IMG/VR virus record: IMGVR_UViG_3300020045_002896
Span: 1-28,842 of that record
DNA from: a virus
Lineage: Duplodnaviria; Caudoviricetes
DNA: 28,842 bases
Strand: one strand, 5' to 3'
Positions 1-6,705 of the stretch are shown one piece after another (within the stretch, counting starts at the first letter, position 1; every line of letters starts with the position of its first letter). The notes under the pieces are model-generated. The model did no database searches. It saw nothing but the letters and a program-made list of their open reading frames with translations, and was not told the DNA's origin. The position numbers were made by a program, and so were the translations under genes.

Positions 1-2
1 AT

Positions 3-257
3 AAAAACGTCTATCAAACAATCGGTACAGCGTGGGTAAGTCAACACGAAAGCACAATTACAGTGCAGCTTGATACTTTACCAATTAGCAAAGATTGGAA
101 CGGTAAATTATACATAAACAAACCATACGAGAAAAAAGACGAACAAAACAAATACGATAATGATAACAAAATGGTTGAAAAACTTGGCAAGGCTAGGCAA
201 GATGTAGTGCTTGAAGATATTGATGATGACTTTGATTTTAGCAAAGTGCCATTTTAG
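3..257 (+). CDS. 5'-truncated putative single-stranded DNA-binding protein
   Basis: Frame open from the window edge (KNVYQTIGTAWVSQHESTITVQLDTLP...). Ends in an acidic/aromatic tail DIDDDFDFSKVPF typical of SSBs. Confidence 0.6.
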   Translation, partial: KNVYQTIGTAWVSQHESTITVQLDTLPISKDWNGKLYINKPYEKKDEQNKYDNDNKMVEKLGKARQDVVLEDIDDDFDFSKVPF

Positions 258-265
258 GAGGTAAT

Positions 266-334
266 ATGAACTTATGTGACACTAACCAACAAGATGATGA
301 TGAATTTAATAAAGCTATAGATAATATTAAATGA
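266..334 (+). CDS. 22-aa hypothetical peptide (MNLCDTNQQDDDEFNKAIDNIK)
   Basis: Strong RBS AGGAGG upstream; ATGA overlap with the next gene. Confidence 0.45.
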   Translation: MNLCDTNQQDDDEFNKAIDNIK

Positions 335-675
335 TACCAACCGAAGAACAAGAACAAATAGCCGCAGTCCAGTATATGGAACTGCGGCATTTGTCTTATT
401 GGCATACACCAAATTCAACATATACTAAAAGCTGGTCTGTTAAAAATCGCAATACTAGACTAGGCGTAAAAGCTGGCATACCTGATTTATTTGTGATAAT
501 AAACAATAAATTATATGCGATCGAAATGAAACGTGTAAAAGGTGGAGTAGTATCTAGTTACCAAAAAGACTGGATAATAAAGCTAAATAACGCTGGAATT
601 GAGACGATAATAGCTAAAGGCGCACAAGAAGCTATCAATTTTATAGATGAAAAGCTAAAAAATACCACAAAATAG
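331..675 (+). CDS. VRR-NUC domain PD-(D/E)xK endonuclease (Holliday-junction resolvase-like)
   Basis: Motifs E..EQ, HTPN, GVKAGIPDL, IEMKR, and Q..W...L...G. Confidence 0.9.
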   Translation: MIPTEEQEQIAAVQYMELRHLSYWHTPNSTYTKSWSVKNRNTRLGVKAGIPDLFVIINNKLYAIEMKRVKGGVVSSYQKDWIIKLNNAGIETIIAKGAQEAINFIDEKLKNTTK

Positions 676-685
676 CATTTACATA

Positions 686-746
686 TTGCTTATTTATCAA
701 GGTTGTGCTAATATAGATACAAGTTAATCAGTAGAAAAGGATTAAC
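686..746 (+). promoter_or_regulatory. Sigma70-type promoter with hairpin leader, copy 1
   Basis: TTGCTT-17 bp-TAATAT with extended TG, then a GTTAATC/GATTAAC hairpin (723-746). Near-copy at 5153-5210. Confidence 0.7.
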
Positions 747-819
747 AAGAACAGCAAGGATAGCAGAAGCCCACGCCAAACAAAACTTATAAGGCATTGC
801 AACGTTAAAAACATTAACA

Positions 820-931
820 ACTTAATCATCTACGCCTGGCAAGCCAACCTAGTAAAATGTGTAATCCATTTCAAGCTACGTTATGCAAAGTAGCGAAATA
901 GCGTCAAGGCGCTGGGCGCAGGTGATTAAGT
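820..931 (+). ncRNA. Candidate structured RNA (long closing stem with a multibranch interior)
   Basis: 820-840 pairs with 911-931 (21 positions, 3 G-U, 1 mismatch). Inner hairpins at 855-871 and 875-894. Confidence 0.55.
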
Positions 932-946
932 AGATAAAGGAGTAAG

Positions 947-1009
947 ATGTACAGATACAAATTACCATTTATAAAACTATATAAAAAACTAACAAAACAA
1001 AAAGGATAA
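947..1009 (+). CDS. 20-aa basic peptide (MYRYKLPFIKLYKKLTKQKG)
   Basis: RBS AAGGAG 4 nt before ATG; stop 3 nt before the next gene. Confidence 0.4.
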   Translation: MYRYKLPFIKLYKKLTKQKG

Positions 1010-1012
1010 AAA

Positions 1013-1234
1013 ATGAAAAAATCAATCGTAAAAGAAGTAAAACAAGAAGTAGCTGCAAAAAAGGCGGCCGACAAACAACCAAAATCAATTAAATTAACAA
1101 CTTTAATTCTAATAACTGTATCAATGACGATCGGTGGAATTATCGGCATCTACGGCTATAAAACAGTAAATACTTACATTAATAACCAAGTTCAGTCACA
1201 AGTTAAGAGTTACCTAAACGACCAGTTAAAATAA
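1013..1234 (+). CDS. Single-pass membrane protein; N-terminal part of a probable frameshift fusion
   Basis: Basic N-terminus followed by a hydrophobic helix LTTLILITVSMTIGGIIGIYGY; RBS AAAGGA. Confidence 0.8.
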   Translation: MKKSIVKEVKQEVAAKKAADKQPKSIKLTTLILITVSMTIGGIIGIYGYKTVNTYINNQVQSQVKSYLNDQLK

Positions 1235-1289
1235 AAAAGGGTGCGACAATTAACGCTAAAACGCAATTTAAAGCCCTTGTAAGCGTTGA
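1225..1289 (+). promoter_or_regulatory. Putative -1 ribosomal frameshift signal (slippery site plus pseudoknot)
   Basis: G TTA AAA then TAA. Stem 1237-1242/1273-1278 with inner TGCG/CGCA. Loop 1250-1257 pairs with 1282-1289. Confidence 0.65.
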
Positions 1290-1626
1290 AGATGTAAAAG
1301 ACGATATAACTAGTACATTTATAGAACAACCAACCACAGACGTTGAGCAAATAGTCAGAAATGCCGCTAATAAATATGGCATAGACGAAGATAGTTTTGT
1401 CCAGCTAATTCAATGCGAAAGTAGTATGAATAGCGACGCAGTAAACTATAACTATTACGAAAACGGCTATCCGAGTGGATTAGCGCAACATTTAAGCGGT
1501 TACTATCCTGCGAGGGCGTTAAAATATGGATATAGCACAGACGTGTTCGATCCGTATTCTAACGCAAATGTAACCGCAGCGATGATTGCCGACGGATTAT
1601 CAAATTTATGGGAGTGCAAAATATGA
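1231..1626 (+). CDS. Lytic transglycosylase (SLT/lysozyme-like) domain, probably reached by a -1 frameshift from 1013..1234
   Basis: Frame open 1207-1626: IVRNAANKYGID...LIQCESSMN..AVN...SGLAQ...VFDPYSNANVTA. No ATG/GTG/TTG before 1426, which is downstream of the catalytic ES. Confidence 0.8.
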   Translation: MKKGATINAKTQFKALVSVEDVKDDITSTFIEQPTTDVEQIVRNAANKYGIDEDSFVQLIQCESSMNSDAVNYNYYENGYPSGLAQHLSGYYPARALKYGYSTDVFDPYSNANVTAAMIADGLSNLWECKI

Positions 1627-1760
1627 AACAAGATTGGTCACAATTAGACAAAACTAACCTATTAGATGATTGGCTACTAGATTATTCAATCTTTAGCTTA
1701 AAACACACAGTCTGGTCAAACAGATTAGAATTATGGCGCAAATTTTTAAGAAGTAATTAG
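1623..1760 (+). CDS. 45-aa hypothetical protein
   Basis: ATGA overlap with the preceding stop; MKQDWSQLDKTNLLDDW... Confidence 0.55.
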   Translation: MKQDWSQLDKTNLLDDWLLDYSIFSLKHTVWSNRLELWRKFLRSN

Positions 1761-1774
1761 GATTGGATAAAACT

Positions 1775-1915
1775 ATGACAACAGACGCTGAAACATTAAT
1801 TCAAGATATAACTAAGATTTTAATCGAAAACGGTTGTGGCACGCCTAGATTAGTAATATTAGAACTTGCTATCTATATTTTAGAGCGAGATAAGAAAGTT
1901 CTACAAAGTTTATGA
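1775..1915 (+). CDS. 46-aa hypothetical protein
   Basis: MTTDAETLIQDITKILIENGCG...; ATGA overlap with the next gene. Confidence 0.6.
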   Translation: MTTDAETLIQDITKILIENGCGTPRLVILELAIYILERDKKVLQSL

Positions 1916-2196
1916 CAACTAAAACTTTTAATGAAAAGTTAGATGAAATACTAGCGCCTTTTGACGATATAGCATATAGACCAAATAGTAATGACTTTGA
2001 CATAGCCAAGCAAGCTATCATCGACTTAATATGTGAAACAGCAGAAGAAGAGCAGGAAGATGCTATTTTACAGATTGATTTAGCATTTAATGGTGATTTA
2101 GTTATTATGGCAAGAATTAATGATACTTCACGATATATGAATATTAGCAATAAAGACATGTTAGCACTGTTGAAAGAGCAAGCATGGAGACAATAG
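1912..2196 (+). CDS. Hypothetical small helical protein
   Basis: ORF coupled to its neighbours; shares an LDEIL...AKQAI..LI motif with nearby ORFs. Confidence 0.7.
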   Translation: MTTKTFNEKLDEILAPFDDIAYRPNSNDFDIAKQAIIDLICETAEEEQEDAILQIDLAFNGDLVIMARINDTSRYMNISNKDMLALLKEQAWRQ

Positions 2197-2252
2197 TTGT
2201 GGTGTTATTCTTATTATTTATAGTAGTAATACAAATTATTGAAGGAGTATAG
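2184..2252 (+). CDS. 22-aa membrane peptide (METIVVVLFLLFIVVIQIIEGV)
   Basis: Hydrophobic mini-ORF filling the gap exactly. Confidence 0.4.
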   Translation: METIVVVLFLLFIVVIQIIEGV

Positions 2253-2254
2253 TT

Positions 2255-2653
2255 ATGAACTCTAAAGCAACAAGCAGAGTAATAAAGTTTAGGGCGTGGG
2301 ATATTCAAGATAAGATGATGTTTACGCCTGTCGAAATAATATGGAGCGAAAGGACTGGGGAGCGTTTAGATATTAGACGAGCTGGTGGTCTTAATGATTT
2401 TTGGCGTAATGCCGAGCTAATGCAATTCACTGGACTCCTCGATAAAAATGGCAAAGAGATTTATGAGGGCGATATAATAGACGATTTGTGTGGTCATATA
2501 TTTAAAGTGGAAGATATAACACCGATACATAAAGAAATGTATTATGACTTTGACCGATACGATGATTTTATGTCTATGAGTGATGTTGATTATATGGTTA
2601 TCGGCAATATCTATGAACACCCTAACCTATTACAAAAGAAAGGAAATGAATAA
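2255..2653 (+). CDS. YopX family protein
   Basis: IKFRAWD, LMQFTGLLDKNGKEIYEGDII, VIGNIYEHPNLL. Confidence 0.92.
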   Translation: MNSKATSRVIKFRAWDIQDKMMFTPVEIIWSERTGERLDIRRAGGLNDFWRNAELMQFTGLLDKNGKEIYEGDIIDDLCGHIFKVEDITPIHKEMYYDFDRYDDFMSMSDVDYMVIGNIYEHPNLLQKKGNE

Positions 2654-2859
2654 TGAGTGATATAAGTAACGACCTAGATAATATAATACTAGCACCTGCC
2701 AACTGGAAATATGACGACTATAAGGAAGCGAAGAAATCGGTTGTAAGTCTAATTATACGGGAACTTAAAAATATACCACTTGATTTTGAAGAGTCAGCGT
2801 TAGAACCTACCGAAATATATGTTAGTGAGAGAATGCACGAATTAGAGAAACTGTTATGA
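2653..2859 (+). CDS. Hypothetical small helical protein
   Basis: Translationally coupled ORF. Confidence 0.7.
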   Translation: MSDISNDLDNIILAPANWKYDDYKEAKKSVVSLIIRELKNIPLDFEESALEPTEIYVSERMHELEKLL

Positions 2860-3125
2860 AACTCGTATATTTAGAGTGGTGTGATGCCATAGCAAACGGT
2901 CTTGAATGGGTTGACGCTGATGTTGCAACAGAATGGGGTAAAAAGTCAGAGTGGATTGTGCGAGAGTGTGGCTGGATTTTAGAAGAAACACCTAAATATA
3001 TTGTAATCGCATCAGTCTGGAAACCAGAAGATGAATTGTGTAGCGAGCAATTCAAACAACTTATGAAGATACCTAAAACTTGGATTATAAGACGAAAGGA
3101 ATTAGATTATGAACACACCAGCTAA
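2856..3125 (+). CDS. Conserved-looking phage hypothetical protein (small beta-rich fold)
   Basis: Pattern LVYLEWxDA...GWILEE...IVIAS...IPKxWI; ATGA overlap. Confidence 0.7.
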   Translation: MKLVYLEWCDAIANGLEWVDADVATEWGKKSEWIVRECGWILEETPKYIVIASVWKPEDELCSEQFKQLMKIPKTWIIRRKELDYEHTS

Positions 3126-3318
3126 CCAAAGTATAGATGAAAAATTAGATACATTACTTCGTATTATCCGAGACGCTGGTGCTGAAGATGACAATCACGG
3201 GGCAGAAGACTGGACTTTTTCAGATAGTAAAATAGTAGAAGCCAAGCAATCCATCAAGCAGTTAATTACTGAGGCAAGGATAGAGTCGCTAATTCATGGC
3301 AAGCTGGAATTGAAGTAA
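3109..3318 (+). CDS. Hypothetical small helical protein
   Basis: RBS AAGGA; DEKLDTLL...EAKQSIKQLITEARI motif. Confidence 0.65.
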   Translation: MNTPANQSIDEKLDTLLRIIRDAGAEDDNHGAEDWTFSDSKIVEAKQSIKQLITEARIESLIHGKLELK

Positions 3319-3384
3319 AAGCATTTGAAGATGCCACCAGAGTTTTTCAAGACAATCTAATCAATATAGTAAGGGGGAAATAAT

Positions 3385-3858
3385 ATGAAGATTTATAAAA
3401 CACAGCAAGAAGTAGAAAAAGATATTAAAGACGGAGTAATAACAATTCAAGGTGATGTTAAATTTGAGTGTTCAATCTCGATTAATGCATCAATTATTGT
3501 CACCGCTGGGAAAATCACCGCTTGGAACATCAACGCTGGGGACATCGACGCTGGGAACATCAACGCTGGGAACATCAACGCTGGGAACATCAACGCTGGG
3601 AACATCAACGCTGGGAACATCAACGCTGGGGACATCAACGCTAGGGACATCGACGCTGGGGACATCTTATATTATGCGTTTTGTGGAGTCTATAATTCAA
3701 TAAAATGTCTATCAATCAAAGCTAAAAGAGAAATACATAGCGAGCCTATTTGTTTAGATGGTGAATTGACTATTAAAAAAGAAGAAGTCGATAATGCCAC
3801 TAAAGAAGCTATGGAATTATTGCAAAAAAATGGCTATAAGATAGTAAGGGGGAGATAA
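3385..3858 (+). CDS. Pentapeptide (N/D-I-N/D-A-G) repeat protein, probable beta-solenoid
   Basis: RBS AAGGGG; about 10 tandem 5-aa repeats. Confidence 0.75.
   Translation: MKIYKTQQEVEKDIKDGVITIQGDVKFECSISINASIIVTAGKITAWNINAGDIDAGNINAGNINAGNINAGNINAGNINAGDINARDIDAGDILYYAFCGVYNSIKCLSIKAKREIHSEPICLDGELTIKKEEVDNATKEAMELLQKNGYKIVRGR
3511..3666 (+). repeat. 15-bp tandem repeat, about 10 units (AACATCAACGCTGGG)
   Basis: Five identical consecutive units at 3556-3630 with degenerate flanking units. Confidence 0.97.
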
Positions 3859-3861
3859 GTA

Positions 3862-4287
3862 ATGAGTAGAGTCATTAAGTTTAGAGCATTTGATGCTGAA
3901 ACTGGTGAGTTTTTATCACCAAAAGGACTATCAAATTGTGCTATGAGTCGCAGTGGCGAATTATATAGAGAAGATAATAGCCGTCCATTTAATAAGTATA
4001 ATAAACAGCCTATATTTTCTCAATTTACTGGGCTAGTTGATAAAAATGGGGTGGATATATACGAGGGCGATATAGTTATTCATCCAATTGGGGTTGGCAT
4101 TGACGAACAACATTGCAACACTGGTGAAGTTAGGTTTATGAGTGGTAGTTTTTGTGTGGCAACCAAAGATTTAGCTGATGGTATTACGTTTGTTATTGAT
4201 TTTTATGAATATACTAGTCCTAAAGAATTTGAAATAATCGGTAATATTTATCAAGATAGTGAGTTATTAGATAAAGGAGCTTTATGA
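3862..4287 (+). CDS. YopX family protein
   Basis: IKFRAFD, QFTGLVDKNGVDIYEGDIV, EIIGNIYQDSELL. Confidence 0.92.
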   Translation: MSRVIKFRAFDAETGEFLSPKGLSNCAMSRSGELYREDNSRPFNKYNKQPIFSQFTGLVDKNGVDIYEGDIVIHPIGVGIDEQHCNTGEVRFMSGSFCVATKDLADGITFVIDFYEYTSPKEFEIIGNIYQDSELLDKGAL

Positions 4288-4538
4288 CAAATCAAAATAA
4301 TGAAGAGCTACGAACTTATATACATAAATGGATAGAGGGTGAGTTTCAGCCAGTAATTGGCGGACACCTCATAGATGCAGATAAATTAATGAAAAAAATA
4401 CAATCTCAAACCAATAAAGCAATAAGTAATGTATTAGATAGGCTAGAAGTAGAAGTTCACCCATTTGATGGCAACGATGATATGGCTGACCTTATTCAGC
4501 AAGAACGAAACAAACTAAAGGAGGCTTCTAATGAGTAA
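4284..4538 (+). CDS. Hypothetical small helical protein
   Basis: RBS AAGGAG; ATGA overlap. Confidence 0.7.
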   Translation: MTNQNNEELRTYIHKWIEGEFQPVIGGHLIDADKLMKKIQSQTNKAISNVLDRLEVEVHPFDGNDDMADLIQQERNKLKEASNE

Positions 4539-4743
4539 TGAACCTAGTAAGGTAGAAGTTAAAAAATTAAAAGGCAAACAAACGACTATTTATATTGGCG
4601 ACTCAAAGTTCAGCGGTATAGATATTACAATCAATAAAAAGAACCGTAGTTTTTATGTCTCTGGTTGGTATGACAGTTTTGTCGGAATAGAGGGTGGCGA
4701 GATATTGCTAGATGATTTTATAAAACTATTTGAGAAAGGTTAA
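4531..4743 (+). CDS. Hypothetical protein
   Basis: RBS AAGGAGG; overlaps the previous stop. Confidence 0.7.
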   Translation: MSNEPSKVEVKKLKGKQTTIYIGDSKFSGIDITINKKNRSFYVSGWYDSFVGIEGGEILLDDFIKLFEKG

Positions 4744-4750
4744 GCCAGTT

Positions 4751-4999
4751 ATGAGTAATGTAGATGATGAGATAGATAAAATAATTGCTAAATACAGGAT
4801 GGGGTTTGTGGTTGGCGATAAAGATATAACCACTTATTATATGGACTTCAAAAAGGAACTCACCACTCTACTAGAACAAGCCGAGAAAAAAGCAAAAATT
4901 GAAGAGCTTAAAATTCTTGAAAAAATTGAGTTTGAAAATATCAAAATAGACATCGGAAAGTACATAAATGACCGCATTAAAGAATTAGAAGATAAGTAA
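4751..4999 (+). CDS. Hypothetical small helical protein (ATG at 4751 preferred over TTG at 4730)
   Basis: MSNVDDEIDKII...AKIEEL...INDRIKELE resembles neighbouring small proteins. Confidence 0.65.
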   Translation: MSNVDDEIDKIIAKYRMGFVVGDKDITTYYMDFKKELTTLLEQAEKKAKIEELKILEKIEFENIKIDIGKYINDRIKELEDK

Positions 5000-5000
5000 T

Positions 5001-5147
5001 ATGATATATAAACTACTACCAATAATTTTTATAATAATGGCGATTGTAACGATCGACAACGATATGAAATTTATATTCTTCATCTCTCTATCTTGGGTAA
5101 GCCTAATTTTAGCTAAATTAGATGATATAAATAATAACTTAAAATAA
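5001..5147 (+). CDS. 48-aa membrane protein with two hydrophobic segments
   Basis: MIYKLLPIIFIIMAIVTI...FIFFISLSWVSLILA; starts right after the previous stop. Confidence 0.55.
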   Translation: MIYKLLPIIFIIMAIVTIDNDMKFIFFISLSWVSLILAKLDDINNNLK

Positions 5148-5152
5148 GACTA

Positions 5153-5210
5153 TTGCTAATCGTTATAGCTTGTGTTAATATTAAAGTATTAATCAAGTAG
5201 AAAGGATTAA
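5153..5210 (+). promoter_or_regulatory. Sigma70-type promoter with hairpin leader, copy 2
   Basis: TTGCTA-17 bp-TAATAT with extended TG; TTAATC/GATTAA hairpin overlapping RBS AAAGGA. Confidence 0.7.
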
Positions 5211-5213
5211 CAA

Positions 5214-5435
5214 ATGCAAATAACGGTTAAAGATACAAGTGTTTTAACGCAACCAATAACAGTTTATAGCCAATGCGACGGATACATAGAAACCTGTAAT
5301 CACGCAGGTGCAGTTGAACAAGACGTTACTGAATATAGATATGACGCAAGCTCAGGCGATTATGAAGAATACAACGTATGTGTTATATGTTGCGACAAAT
5401 GCGACAAACAACTAGTTGGTGAGGAGTGGCTATGA
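5214..5435 (+). CDS. Cys-rich, probably zinc-binding small protein
   Basis: CxH...CDKC pattern with extra cysteines. Confidence 0.65.
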   Translation: MQITVKDTSVLTQPITVYSQCDGYIETCNHAGAVEQDVTEYRYDASSGDYEEYNVCVICCDKCDKQLVGEEWL

Positions 5436-5599
5436 AAATAAACGTCACTCATTTACCTAGCGAATATGTGTTAGTAGAGTATGCACATTGGGAAACAAGG
5501 TCATTAGTTTGGAACGACATAAAAAACGTTATAGATAATGACTACGCAAAATTCGTAACAACTTACCAGTTCATATTATCAGATTGGGAAGAGGTATGA
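5432..5599 (+). CDS. 55-aa hypothetical protein
   Basis: RBS GAGGAG; ATGA overlaps at both ends. Confidence 0.65.
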   Translation: MKINVTHLPSEYVLVEYAHWETRSLVWNDIKNVIDNDYAKFVTTYQFILSDWEEV

Positions 5600-5706
5600 C
5601 TGAAATAGATATAGATAAACTATCAGAGTATCTATCAACATATATGTGTTGGCCAAAAGAAGAGATAAAAATGTTAATTAATGAATATATAGAAAGTGAG
5701 AAATAA
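5596..5706 (+). CDS. 36-aa hypothetical protein
   Basis: RBS GAGG; ATGA overlap. Confidence 0.55.
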   Translation: MTEIDIDKLSEYLSTYMCWPKEEIKMLINEYIESEK

Positions 5707-5707
5707 C

Positions 5708-5971
5708 GTGAGTGGAACTAAAATCGGAGCAAAAAAAACAGCCGCTAAAAACTTAGCAAAAGACCCTAATTTTTATAGGACTATCGGTTCTAAAGGTGGA
5801 AAACACACTGGAGATAAAGGGTTCGCACTAAATAACGACAGAGCAATCGCAGCAGGCGCTAAAGGTGGATCAAAAAGCCGTCGAGGATATAAGTTGATTA
5901 AAGAGACAATGTTTTCATTTCACTATATCCAAACGTCAACTGGCAAGATTGTAAAATTTAAGAAAATCTAA
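5708..5971 (+). CDS. KGG-repeat (stress-induced/GsiB-like) protein
   Basis: SGTKIGAKK...FYRTIGSKGG...GFA...AIAAGAKGGSKSRRG. GTG at 5708 follows the previous stop. Confidence 0.75.
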   Translation: MSGTKIGAKKTAAKNLAKDPNFYRTIGSKGGKHTGDKGFALNNDRAIAAGAKGGSKSRRGYKLIKETMFSFHYIQTSTGKIVKFKKI

Positions 5972-5984
5972 AAGGATTATAAAA

Positions 5985-6095
5985 ATGAGTATAAATTTAT
6001 TAGTAAAAGCTATCAAGCATAAATTAGGAGTTTGCAATAAATCATTAAAAGGCTATAACTGCCATGGTAAGAATAACTATAAGGAGTGTAAATAA
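5985..6095 (+). CDS. 36-aa basic Cys/His peptide
   Basis: RBS AAAGGA; MSINLLVKAIKHKLGVCNKSLKGYNCHGKNNYKECK. Confidence 0.55.
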   Translation: MSINLLVKAIKHKLGVCNKSLKGYNCHGKNNYKECK

Positions 6096-6127
6096 CATTA
6101 CAGCTACCAACAGGTGTATAATAATAC

Positions 6128-6330
6128 AAAACAAACACATTAAAAATTAAGTGTATTGTAGCCCACACTTAATTGAATATCATTTAACGAACGGAGTTTA
6201 CATCTGTAAATCGAAACTAGAGAAGCTTAGTCTAAAGTTTGAATTTGACCGTAGTTTAAGAGAAATAAAACAAGACATTAAGCGACGAACTATATTATAA
6301 AACTAGATAGCCTTAATTGGCTATCTTTTT
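6128..6330 (+). ncRNA. Candidate ~200-nt small RNA
   Basis: ORF-free; TATAAT at 6117-6122; 10-bp perfect hairpin 6145-6174; further stems 6191-6252; ends in a terminator. Confidence 0.45.
6305..6330 (+). terminator. Rho-independent terminator
   Basis: AGATAGCC-ttaatt-GGCTATCT followed by a T run. Confidence 0.85.
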
Positions 6331-6352
6331 ATATACCCAATAACTAAACTAG

Positions 6353-6361
6353 TGATATAAT
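6353..6361 (+). promoter_or_regulatory. Extended -10 promoter (TGaTATAAT) for the packaging operon
   Basis: TGnTATAAT consensus directly after the terminator, 6 nt before an ATG. Confidence 0.6.
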
Positions 6362-6367
6362 ACAACC

Positions 6368-6460
6368 ATGAAACATAATCAAGAGGATTTTGTAACTCCA
6401 AATACTATTATATTGGTGTCTATAGTATTAATAATAATAACAATAGGTGGTATATTGTGA
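6368..6460 (+). CDS. 30-aa membrane peptide, possibly leaderless
   Basis: MKHNQEDFVTPNTIILVSIVLIIITIGGIL; GTGA overlap with the next gene. Confidence 0.5.
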   Translation: MKHNQEDFVTPNTIILVSIVLIIITIGGIL

Positions 6461-6705
6461 ACTCAAGGAAAATAGAAATGACAGATGTATTTAGCGATGA
6501 CGCTATATCAAAGCTAAAAGTAGGCCAAACTTTAACGTTTAATAATAATACCGGCAGCGATCATTATAAAATAGTAAAAATAAAAGACGGTCGTATTTGG
6601 TCTAAACAAATAAACCTATACAAGTCTAACGAATTAGTTATAAACGATATTCCAAAGCCAAGTAAAAAATCTAAGTGGGTAGATAAGGTTACTATAAATG
6701 AATAA
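6457..6705 (+). CDS. Hypothetical protein
   Basis: RBS AGGTGG; overlaps the TerS start. Confidence 0.65.
   Translation: MNSRKIEMTDVFSDDAISKLKVGQTLTFNNNTGSDHYKIVKIKDGRIWSKQINLYKSNELVINDIPKPSKKSKWVDKVTINE

Noticed and set aside
860-905. Hammerhead ribozyme (hairpin followed by GAAA)
   Set aside because: The required CUGANGA core is absent 5' of the stem.
1233-1239. Canonical A AAA AAG slippery heptamer as the frameshift site
   Set aside because: It overlaps and follows the stop codon of the upstream ORF, is phased in the downstream frame, and overlaps the pseudoknot stem.
1426-1626. 66-aa ORF as a standalone gene
   Set aside because: It starts after the catalytic Glu and has no SD; it is better explained as part of a fusion.
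3511-3666. CRISPR array or DGR template/variable repeat (AAC-rich, A/G variation)
   Set aside because: No spacers, in-frame coding tandem repeat, no separate TR/VR pair and no reverse transcriptase in the window.
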